Shown: one piece after another, positions 21,679 to 29,091 of the stretch
Layout of the letters: every line of letters starts with the position of its first letter
Position numbering within the stretch: the stretch's first letter is position 1
Assembly: GCF_001652585.1 (NCBI RefSeq)
Contig: NZ_LWLG01000017.1
Location: 13,397-45,396, forward strand
Direction of reading: 5' to 3'
Length of the DNA stretch: 32,000 nt
DNA from: Thermosulfurimonas dismutans
Lineage (GTDB): Bacteria; Desulfobacterota; Thermodesulfobacteria; Thermodesulfobacteriales; Thermodesulfobacteriaceae
Program-made: the position numbers and the translations under genes
The notes under the pieces: generated by a model
What the model was told of the DNA's origin: nothing
What the model saw: the letters and a program-made list of their open reading frames with translations, nothing else
Database searches by the model: none

Positions 21679-23871
21679 TCAGTATTCAAACTTCAACTCC
21701 GCAAACCAGGTCCTTCCCGGGGCCTGGTAGTAGTCGTAGTAATCCTCGTCAAAAACATTGTTGACAGAAAAAGAGAGGGTTGCTTTGTGCCAGGTAAGAC
21801 TCACCTTGACATCGGCCACGAAGTATTCCTCCGAAGTCCCGTAAACGCCTTCAGCCTTGTCGGAGTTGTCGTCGTAACGGAAGACCTTACCTACATAATG
21901 GCCAAAGATGGAGAACTTGAGCCCAGGTAGATTTCCGGGGAGGGGGGGGTTAGCCGAGAGCTCGAAATTCCAGATCCAGGGCGGAACGCCAACGAAACGT
22001 TTACCCTCGGATTCGGGTTTGGCCGGATTGTCCGTGATCTTGGTGTCGTTGCGGGTGTAGTTAACCTTAGCGGAAAGCCAGGAAAAGGGTTTGAGTTCAA
22101 GCTCGCCCTCAAATCCCAGGATCTCTCCTTCCCCGGAGTTGGTCCAGATGTATTCCTTGGTATCGGAATAATAGGCCCGGTAGATGAAGTCCTCCATCCA
22201 GGTACGGAAGAGAGAGGCGCTAAGACGCAGGCGCTTTCCGAACCACCACCTCTCTCCCCCTACCTCCACGGTCCAGGAGGTCTCGGGATCAAGATCGGGA
22301 TTTGAGCGGTAGGTGCGCCCGTACCAGCTCCAGGTGCGGTAGAGCTCATAAAGGTTGGGGGGACGGAAGGCCTTGCCGACCGAAAGTCTCAGGTTAGTGG
22401 AACCGTCTGGACGCCAGACCAGGGCCGCCTTCGGGGAGAAGGCCCCGTCGTCCCGATCGTCGTATCCTTCAACGGCCCCAACGTCACCGGCCTTACCGTC
22501 ATAGGTCCACCAGTGGTCATAGCGCAGCCCCAGGTAAAGGGAGAGATCCTCTCTTACGGTCCAGATGTCCTGCACGAAGAGCCCGAGCGCGCGGCTCTTT
22601 CCCCGAGAAAGATAAAGCTTTTCCTCCTCGGAGTCCTCATCCCGATAGAAAACCAGTTTATGACTCTCTACATTCGACCAATCCCTCCGCAGGGTAAGAC
22701 CGGCGGTAAGGAGGTGGCTTTCTCCTAAGGGAAGATTGCCCTTCACATCTAGATAATAGGTTTCACTATCGCTCTCGTTCTTTTCTCCGGAAGCGGTGTA
22801 GTAGTCCCCGCCTCGGTAGGGTTTTGTATAGTATCCGTCCCTCCTCAGAAAGCCAAAGTTGAATTCGGTTTCGAGTTTTCCGAAGACATCCCGATAGTTG
22901 AGGGAGACGATGCTCGTCTGATAGTCCCCGAGACCGGCATAGGAGATGAAGTCATAAGGAGAAACCGAGGCCGCAAGTCCTCCTGGAATACTCACCGTTC
23001 CGGAGAAGGCCGGCTTTCCGGCAGGATCGGTCAGATAGGTGTGAGGATGGCCGTAATCGTAGCGCTGCACCCCGTGCTGGAACCCGAGCCTTACTTCGCC
23101 CTCATCCCTTACATCAATCCCGATCTTCAGGTGATAGTTCCAGCGTTCACCCCGTTGATCTCCCTTGTCTCCCACCACCCAGCGCAATTTTTCTCCGGTG
23201 GGATCGGTGGTGGGGTAGCCCCCAATCAGGGTTCCGGTTCCGGTTTTAGGCGATTTCAATACCGGGACCGTGGGATACCCCTCCGTGCGGTCCTCTTCGT
23301 AGCCGGCGAGAAAGGCCAGACGCCCCACCCGGTCTCCCATGCTTATGCGCCAGCGGCGGGTTACATCCTCCCCCAGTCCGCCCGTGGCCGAAAAGGTAAA
23401 CTTTTCCGGAAGACGGGTAAGGATATTGATGACCCCTCCCATGGCGTTTCCGCCCCAGAGGGAGGAAAAGGGCCCCCGTACCACCTCCACCCTTTCCACT
23501 TCGTCCAGCGAAAGGGTAGCCCAACGGACGCTATTTGAATAGCCGTCGTTTACCGGAATACCGTCAAGCAGAACCAGAGTCCGCCCCTGGCGGGGCAGTC
23601 CCCGGAGCTCCACCGAGGCTATGGTATCCATGAGCCCTTTCCTGCGGTGCACGAAGACCCCGGCCTCGTGTTTGAGGGCCTCGTCCAGGGTCTGAAGATT
23701 CTTTTTTTCCATGTCCTTACGGGTGATCACGCTCACTGCAGCCGGGGCCTCGGAGACTGCCTGCGGCACCCTAGTGGCCGTGACCACCACTTCCGGGACT
23801 TCTTCCTCCTCGGCCCATGCCGAGCCCATGGCAACGAGAATCAAGATCAACAGTCCCAGTCTGGTTAGCAT
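21679..23871 (-). CDS. TonB-dependent outer-membrane receptor (first gene of the 13 kb operon)
   Basis: The start at 23871 (MLTRLGLLILILVAMGSAWA) follows a GGAGGGGGAG RBS. The plug domain reads VVVTATRVPQAVSEAPAAVSVITRKDMEKKNLQTLDEALKHEAGVFV, LDGIPVND and VRGPFSSLWGGNAMGGVINILT. The barrel ends in a terminal ...WFAELKFEY. Confidence 0.9.
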   Translation of the reverse strand: MLTRLGLLILILVAMGSAWAEEEEVPEVVVTATRVPQAVSEAPAAVSVITRKDMEKKNLQTLDEALKHEAGVFVHRRKGLMDTIASVELRGLPRQGRTLVLLDGIPVNDGYSNSVRWATLSLDEVERVEVVRGPFSSLWGGNAMGGVINILTRLPEKFTFSATGGLGEDVTRRWRISMGDRVGRLAFLAGYEEDRTEGYPTVPVLKSPKTGTGTLIGGYPTTDPTGEKLRWVVGDKGDQRGERWNYHLKIGIDVRDEGEVRLGFQHGVQRYDYGHPHTYLTDPAGKPAFSGTVSIPGGLAASVSPYDFISYAGLGDYQTSIVSLNYRDVFGKLETEFNFGFLRRDGYYTKPYRGGDYYTASGEKNESDSETYYLDVKGNLPLGESHLLTAGLTLRRDWSNVESHKLVFYRDEDSEEEKLYLSRGKSRALGLFVQDIWTVREDLSLYLGLRYDHWWTYDGKAGDVGAVEGYDDRDDGAFSPKAALVWRPDGSTNLRLSVGKAFRPPNLYELYRTWSWYGRTYRSNPDLDPETSWTVEVGGERWWFGKRLRLSASLFRTWMEDFIYRAYYSDTKEYIWTNSGEGEILGFEGELELKPFSWLSAKVNYTRNDTKITDNPAKPESEGKRFVGVPPWIWNFELSANPPLPGNLPGLKFSIFGHYVGKVFRYDDNSDKAEGVYGTSEEYFVADVKVSLTWHKATLSFSVNNVFDEDYYDYYQAPGRTWFAELKFEY

Positions 23872-23987
23872 CTCCCCCTCCTTGATTTTTTGTATCACTT
23901 TTTTAAAATTTGTAACACAAAGAGTAACGAGACCAAAAATGGATGTCAAGGGTAAGATAAGTAAACGTAAAGACTTGGAGAGGTCCT

Positions 23988-24617
23988 ATGAGTCTATGGT
24001 GGTTGATAGAGAAAGGCGGGGTTCTGATATGGCCCCTTTTGGGGTGTTCAGTACTCGGGCTTGCGGTCTTTTTTGAAAGACTCGTCCGGCTTTTCCGGGC
24101 GGCCTCGAGGGATCCAGGACTTGTAGAAAGAGTAGCTGAGAAAGTACTTACCGGGGATCTTGAAGGGGCCAGACGGGAGTCCGCCCGAGAAGGAGGAGCC
24201 GTGGGCCGTATGCTCTATGAGGGACTCTCCATGGGGCTTACAGATGTGGAGACCGTGGAAAGGCTTCTTGCCTCGGCGGTGGAAAGAGAACTCGCTGGCC
24301 TTTCCCGGTATTTCGGACTCTTGGCCCTTATAGGAAACCTGGCCCCGCTTCTGGGGCTCCTCGGTACCGTAATCGGCATGATCAAGGCCTTTCAAACCGT
24401 AGAGGCCTTGGGGGAACGGGTCACGCCCTCACACCTTGCCGGAGGTATTTGGGAGGCCATGCTTACTACGGCAGCGGGCCTCACGGTGGCTATCCCGGTA
24501 ATGATAGGACTCTCTTACCTTGAAGGCCGGCTCTCCCGCATAGAAAACGAGATGGAGGAGGCCGCCACCCTTCTATTAAAAGCCCTTAAAGAGAGGAGCC
24601 GTCATGCTTCGCATTAA
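23988..24617 (+). CDS. exbB: MotA/TolQ/ExbB-family proton channel
   Basis: The product has 3 TM helices and the sequence LALIGNLAPLLGLLGTVIGMIKAF...GIWEAMLTTAAGLTVAIP typical of ExbB/TolQ. A GGAGAGG RBS precedes it. Confidence 0.88.
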   Translation: MSLWWLIEKGGVLIWPLLGCSVLGLAVFFERLVRLFRAASRDPGLVERVAEKVLTGDLEGARRESAREGGAVGRMLYEGLSMGLTDVETVERLLASAVERELAGLSRYFGLLALIGNLAPLLGLLGTVIGMIKAFQTVEALGERVTPSHLAGGIWEAMLTTAAGLTVAIPVMIGLSYLEGRLSRIENEMEEAATLLLKALKERSRHASH

Positions 24618-25011
24618 AACTCGCCGAAGACCCACGGTTACCCTTCCACTTACGGCCTTGATTGACATCGTGTTCCTCCTGTTGATTTATTTCCTCCTGA
24701 CCTCAAGCTTTATCAACCGGGAGGGCCTTAAACTGGATCTTCCGAAGGCGGTCTCCGGCAGGGCCATTAAAGCTCCCCTTACCGTTTACGTGGATCAGAA
24801 GGGCGAGATACACTTTCAGGGCCGAAAAATGAACGGGGCAGAGCTGCTGGAAGCCCTTGCCGAGGAACTTTCAAAAACTCCGGAAAAAAAGGTTGAGATT
24901 GAGGCCGATCGGAGGGCCCCGCTTGAGGCTGTGGTTTCCGCCATGGATGCCGCTCGGCTTGCCGGGGCCAAAACTCTCAGCCTGGCTACGGAGAAACCCG
25001 CAGAACCGTGA
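24604..25011 (+). CDS. exbD: ExbD/TolR-family protein
   Basis: This 135 aa product has an N-terminal TM with LTALIDIVFLLLIYFL and a periplasmic domain. It overlaps exbB and tonB. Confidence 0.88.
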   Translation: MLRIKTRRRPTVTLPLTALIDIVFLLLIYFLLTSSFINREGLKLDLPKAVSGRAIKAPLTVYVDQKGEIHFQGRKMNGAELLEALAEELSKTPEKKVEIEADRRAPLEAVVSAMDAARLAGAKTLSLATEKPAEP

Positions 25012-25868
25012 AACTAAACCGCCTCTTAATCCTGACTCTGGCGATCTCTCTGGTCCTTCATCTCTCGTTATTCCTCTGGGTAAACATTCCCCGAATCGGA
25101 AGGGCCGAAAAGGCCTCCCCGGATGGGAAGAAGATCCTCCTCTCCTTCCATTTACCATCCACACCTTCATCCCCCTCACTGGCAACCCAAAACCCCTCTC
25201 AGACCAAAAAACCGAACCCCTCGAAAAAGAGACCACATCCCCCCAGAAAGGCTTCCGAAAAACCTATTCCAAAAAAGACTTCCGCAAGACCTATCCCGAA
25301 AAAAATTGTCAGAAGCCCCACCCCCAAAAAGACCAAAAGGCCACAGTCCAAAACTCGAGACCCCCAAAAATCTTCCAAGAGCCCCCAAGAAGTTCATCAG
25401 GAGAAAGCTCCACCAGGACCTCCGGAGCCCGAGGAGGCCGAAACAAAAACTGAGGCCCAAAGGCTTTCGGGAACTTCCTCTAAGGAGAAAACCCACCTTA
25501 CGAATGACCATCCCGCGCAAGTTCGCGGGGCTCCCTCCCCTTCAACCGGGCCTTCAAGGGCAGAGATAAAGACATCTTATCTTGCCATGATCCTTGCCCG
25601 TATCGAAAAAAAACGGTACTACCCTCGACTAGCCCGGATGCGGAACTACGAGGGCCGGGTGGGACTTCTCCTCGAAATCTCGGCCGAAGGAAAACTCCTT
25701 TCCGTAAAAATAGTAAAGGGCTCCGGGCATCGTATACTCGACCGGGCTGCCCTGAAGATAACCCGCATGGCCGCTCCCTTTCCACCCCCTCCACCAGAAC
25801 TCGGTCCCCCTCCCCTAAAATTAAAGATTTTTTTGAGATTCCATCTCAAAAATGGAACTGTTCCTTAA
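25008..25868 (+). CDS. tonB: TonB energy-transducer
   Basis: A GTG start overlaps the exbD stop. The N-terminal TM is followed by a long Pro/Lys-rich spacer (PKKTSARPIPKKIVRSPTPKKTKRPQSK...). The C-terminal TonB domain reads YPRLARMRNYEGRVGLLLEISAEGKLLSVKIVKGSGHRILDRAALKI. Confidence 0.88.
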   Translation: MKLNRLLILTLAISLVLHLSLFLWVNIPRIGRAEKASPDGKKILLSFHLPSTPSSPSLATQNPSQTKKPNPSKKRPHPPRKASEKPIPKKTSARPIPKKIVRSPTPKKTKRPQSKTRDPQKSSKSPQEVHQEKAPPGPPEPEEAETKTEAQRLSGTSSKEKTHLTNDHPAQVRGAPSPSTGPSRAEIKTSYLAMILARIEKKRYYPRLARMRNYEGRVGLLLEISAEGKLLSVKIVKGSGHRILDRAALKITRMAAPFPPPPPELGPPPLKLKIFLRFHLKNGTVP

Positions 25869-25985
25869 AACGTCCTCAAACAATCCTTAAGAGATCTCAA
25901 ATTAATGAGATTTAACCCTCACACTTTAGTATTCCAAACTCAAGCGCCCATCTTTAAAAAGGAACCTCTTCTGGTGGCTGCGTGC

Positions 25986-26013
25986 TTGACATTCATCACT
26001 CCATTTCTATTAT
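25986..26013 (+). promoter_or_regulatory. Candidate promoter of the cytochrome operon
   Basis: TTGACA (25986-25991), a 16 nt spacer, then TATTAT (26008-26013), about 37 nt upstream of the ATG at 26050. Confidence 0.45.
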
Positions 26014-26049
26014 TTTTTTGGAGACTAAATTTCAACAAGGAGAGAGAAA

Positions 26050-27657
26050 ATGGGGGGGTGGATTCTTTTGGCTTTATTGCTTATGGTTTCCTCTGTTTGG
26101 AGCGGCCAGATTTCTTCCGGGGAGCGCAGTTATTTCAAACCACCGGCTTCAACCGCTGATCACTCGAAATTCGAAAGCCTAAAAAAGGATTTTAAGACCC
26201 CGGAGGAGGTAACCAAGGCCTGTCTTTCCTGCCACAATAAAGCCGGAGAACAGTTTGGCGGGACTTTGCATTATACCTGGACCTGGAAGGGGAAGGATGG
26301 GCGCCTCCTAGGGAAGTCTTGGGTAATAAATAATTTCTGAGTGGCGGTTACATCCAACTGGTGCAGGTGCACCAGCTGTCACGCAGGTTACGGTTGGAAA
26401 GACAGACATTTCGATTTCGCTCCAGAAAAAATCGATTGTCTGGTTTGTCACGACACCACCGGGACTTACAAAAAGTTCCCCACGGATTGTGGTTATCCTC
26501 CCCTGAAGGATAAGCTCTTTGCAGGCAAGAAACTCTTTAAGGCGGTGAATCTCTCTTATGTAGCCCAGCACGTGGGTCGTACCTCTCGGGAGTCCTGTGG
26601 AAAGTGCCATTTTTATTCCGGCGGTGGCGATGGTGTGAAGCGAGGCGATCTCGACTCCACCCTCAGGGCTCCGAGCCGAGAGCTTGACGTCCACATGGAT
26701 GCCGAAGGGTTAAATTTCACCTGTGCCACCTGTCATACTACTGTGGCCCACGAAATCGATGGTCGGCATTACGATACCCCGGCTCCTGGGGCCCGAAGGT
26801 TCGCCCTCCCAAAGGATGACGGACATCGGGTGCGCTGTGAGTCCTGTCATGGCCGCCGTCCACACAGGGCCGAAAAGAAACTTATCAGTCTGAAACATCT
26901 TAAATTAAACGACCATACGGATCGATTGGCTTGTCAGACTTGCCATATTCCCTTCTATGGCCGCGGCCTTCCTACCAATATCTACTGGGACTGGTCAACC
27001 GCCGGAAGGTTTAAAAATGGAAAACCCATCGTGGAAAAGGGGCCTCTGGGAAGACCTATTTACCACACGAAGAAGGGAACCCTCAAATGGGGCAAAAATC
27101 TAGTGCCAGAATATCATTGGTATAACGGCACCATGCGATATCTCCTGGCTGGAGAGCCTCTGAGACTTAACGCCAAAGGCCAGGTGCTGCTCATCGCCCC
27201 GGCAGGGGAACCAGACGATCCGCAATCCCGCATCTTTCCCTTTAAACCCCATTACGGACGGCAACCCTTTGATCCCGTAAAGAGAACCATGGTTATCCCC
27301 AAACTCTTTGGAAACAAGGGAAGTGGGGCCTTCTGGACGGAATACGATTGGCAGAAAGCCGTAACCGCAGGTATGACCGAAGCCGGACTTCCCTTCAGCG
27401 GAAAAGTGGCTTTTATCGAAACGGTTCACTATATCCCCCTTTCTCACATGATTCCGCCCAAGGAAAAGGCCCTCAAATGTGCGGAATGTCACGTGAGGCA
27501 AGGGGGACGTATGGAAAAGATCACCGGTATCTATATCCCCGGACGGGACAGCTTCCTGTGGGTGGACCGGATTGGGATCTTTATTTGTGTTCTAACTCTG
27601 TTCCTAGTCACGGTTCATGGTCTGTTCCGTATGGTTATGTCCTTAAAAAGAAGATAG
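26050..27657 (+). CDS. Octahaem c-type cytochrome (tetrathionate-reductase/Otr-like family) with one in-frame TGA at 26338-26340; candidate selenoprotein or pseudogene
   Basis: ORFs 26050-26340 and 26341-27657 share one frame and are separated only by TGA. Together they carry a signal peptide, 8 CxxCH motifs (CLSCH, CTSCH, CLVCH, CGKCH, CATCH, CESCH, CQTCH, CAECH) and a C-terminal TM helix. The second piece has no RBS of its own. Confidence 0.75.
26358..26375 (+). other. Candidate bacterial SECIS hairpin
   Basis: CUGGUGC-AGGU-GCACCAG forms a 7 bp perfect stem with an apical loop containing GGU. It starts 17 nt after the UGA. Its core GGUGCAGGUGCACC resembles the E. coli fdhF SECIS upper stem-loop GGUUGCAGGUCUGCACC. 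Confidence 0.5.
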
Positions 27658-27667
27658 GGGGGAAGCC

Positions 27668-28267
27668 ATGAAGGAAAAGATTTTCCTCTACCCCAGATTT
27701 GAACGCTTCTGGCATTGGACTCAGGCCTTTCTTATCGTTCTTCTACTCCTTTCGGGCTTTGAAATTCATGGAAGCTTGAGGATATGGGGCTTCGAGAAAG
27801 CCTATTACCTACACGTGTATTGCGCCGCCGGACTACTGATACTCACAGCCTTTTCCATTTTTTGGCATCTTACCACTGGAAGTTGGCGGCATTACTGGCC
27901 GGTAAAGGAAAAAATCCCACAAATTTGCTACTATTATGCCGTGGGAATATTCCGAAGAGAGGCCCACCCCTTTGAAAAGCGGCCAGACCAAAAACTCAAC
28001 CCTCTTCAGCGTATAGTTTATCTTTTTTTAAAAATATTTCTCTATCCTCTTCAGTTTGTCACCGGTGGGATGCTTTTCCTCTATAAATGGTGGCCGAAAC
28101 TCGGAATCAAGGCCACTTTTTCTGGAACGGTATATTGGCATCTTCTAGGAGCCTACGCCTTTCTCCTCTTTTTCATTCTCCACATCTACCTGACCACTAC
28201 TACTCGGCCTTGGTACAATCACATCCGGGCAATGGTCTTGGGTTGGGAAGAAGTCGAAGTCCGGTAG
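27668..28267 (+). CDS. Membrane dihaem cytochrome b (PhsC/FdnI/HyaC-like, PF01292-type)
   Basis: The sequence RFERFWHWTQAFLIVLLLLSGFEIHG is typical of this family. There are 4 TM helices with conserved His candidates (H16, H34, H157/H172 region). It lies 10 nt downstream of the octahaem gene. Confidence 0.75.
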   Translation: MKEKIFLYPRFERFWHWTQAFLIVLLLLSGFEIHGSLRIWGFEKAYYLHVYCAAGLLILTAFSIFWHLTTGSWRHYWPVKEKIPQICYYYAVGIFRREAHPFEKRPDQKLNPLQRIVYLFLKIFLYPLQFVTGGMLFLYKWWPKLGIKATFSGTVYWHLLGAYAFLLFFILHIYLTTTTRPWYNHIRAMVLGWEEVEVR

Positions 28268-28428
28268 ATGGTCGTGTCACGGAGGACGTTCCTGATCCAG
28301 CCCTAGCCCTCAGCGGTGGCTAGGCATAAGAAAAAGACCCTCCCAAAACAGGATATACCTCTACCTTCTCCACACACTAATCATTATTAGAAATTAGTTT
28401 CAGTATCGATTTCGACTTTCAACATCTA

Positions 28429-28479
28429 TTGACATACTTGGAATTTTTGCTATTAGTTATTGCAAATAAAAATCAATAA
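28429..28479 (+). promoter_or_regulatory. Candidate feo promoter with an overlapping AT-rich inverted repeat (possible Fur-type operator)
   Basis: TTGACA (28429-28434), a 16 nt spacer, then TATTAG. This is followed by TTATTG-N11-CAATAA (28457-28479). By eye the match to the E. coli Fur box is only about 11/19. Confidence 0.3.
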
Positions 28480-28498
28480 TATTAAAGGAGGTGGGGAC

Positions 28499-28864
28499 AT
28501 GAAAGGCGGAGCCGTTACTGTTTTAGAACTGAAGCCAGGAGAAAGGGGGGAGGTGTGCGAGATCCTTCCCGGGGGAGGAGAAAAAAGGGGAGGTGGAAAA
28601 GGGCTCGCATATGGACACCGGCACTGTCACAGGCATCGGCATTGTCAGGGCAGAGGGCGCTCTCGCAGAGGTGGCGAAGGCAAGGGATGCGGAGAGAGAT
28701 TGCTTGAGGTCCTTGGGGTTTACCGGGGACAGGTGCTGGAGGTCATGGAAAATCGGGGCTGCGGTCCCGTGGTCTTGAAGGTGGGAGATAGCCGGTTCGT
28801 TCTAGGGCGCGGCCAGGCCGCCCGTATCCTGGTCAACCGAATCGGGGAGGAGGTGAAATCATGA
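28499..28864 (+). CDS. feoA: FeoA-domain protein carrying a ~40 aa Gly/Arg/His/Cys-rich insertion
   Basis: The ATG at 28499 follows AAAGGAGGTGGGG. The FeoA SH3-like pattern is present (LELKPGERGEVCEI ... RLLEVLGVYRGQVLEVMENRGCGPVVLKVGDSRFVLGRGQAARILV). It is interrupted by GGGEKRGGGKGLAYGHRHCHRHRHCQGRGRSRRGGEGKGCG. Confidence 0.7.
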   Translation: MKGGAVTVLELKPGERGEVCEILPGGGEKRGGGKGLAYGHRHCHRHRHCQGRGRSRRGGEGKGCGERLLEVLGVYRGQVLEVMENRGCGPVVLKVGDSRFVLGRGQAARILVNRIGEEVKS

Positions 28865-29091
28865 AACTTTCAGAAGTTAGTCCCGGCATGAAAGTAAAGA
28901 TCATTAGGCTCGGCCAGGGCTTCCCAGCCCTTAGAAAGCGATTGCTCGATATGGGAGTCCTTTCCGGAGAGCCTATTACGGTGGAACGGGTAGCCCCGTT
29001 GGGTGATCCTCTGGAAGTAAAAATTAAGGGCTACCGGCTCTCCCTCCGTAAGGAGGAAGCCGATGAAATCTTGGTGGAGGTGGTCTCATGA
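28861..29091 (+). CDS. feoA: FeoA (canonical, 76 aa)
   Basis: LSEVSPGMKVKIIRLGQGFPALRKRLLDMGVLSGEPITVERVAPLGDPLEVKIKGYRLSLRKEEADEILV is a full FeoA domain. The gene has ATGA overlaps on both sides. Confidence 0.88.
   Translation: MKLSEVSPGMKVKIIRLGQGFPALRKRLLDMGVLSGEPITVERVAPLGDPLEVKIKGYRLSLRKEEADEILVEVVS

Noticed and set aside
23872-23987. A cobalamin riboswitch upstream of either TonB-receptor operon (also checked 7177-7291)
   Set aside because: The leaders are only about 115 nt long and AT-rich. I could not find a B12-box-like GCCACTG core or the extended paired regions. A covariance-model scan would be needed for certainty.
24857-25569. Alternative-frame ORFs across the exbD end and the tonB Pro/Lys-rich spacer (24857-25453, 25123-25569, 24871-25236, 25176-25520)
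   Set aside because: The repetitive CCN/AAR-rich tonB linker keeps several frames open. Only the 25008-25868 frame yields an N-terminal TM anchor and a C-terminal TonB domain.
26341-27657. Treating 26050-26340 and 26341-27657 as two independent cytochrome genes
   Set aside because: They share one frame and are separated by a single TGA. The second piece would start at a GTG directly abutting the stop, with no RBS and no signal peptide, which c-type cytochrome maturation requires. Sec read-through or a very recent nonsense mutation explains the arrangement better.
28302-28324. The hairpin CCTAGCC-N9-GGCTAGG after the cytochrome b gene as an intrinsic terminator
   Set aside because: The 7 bp stem is real, but it is followed by CATAAGAAAAAG rather than a T-tract, so it is not a convincing rho-independent terminator.
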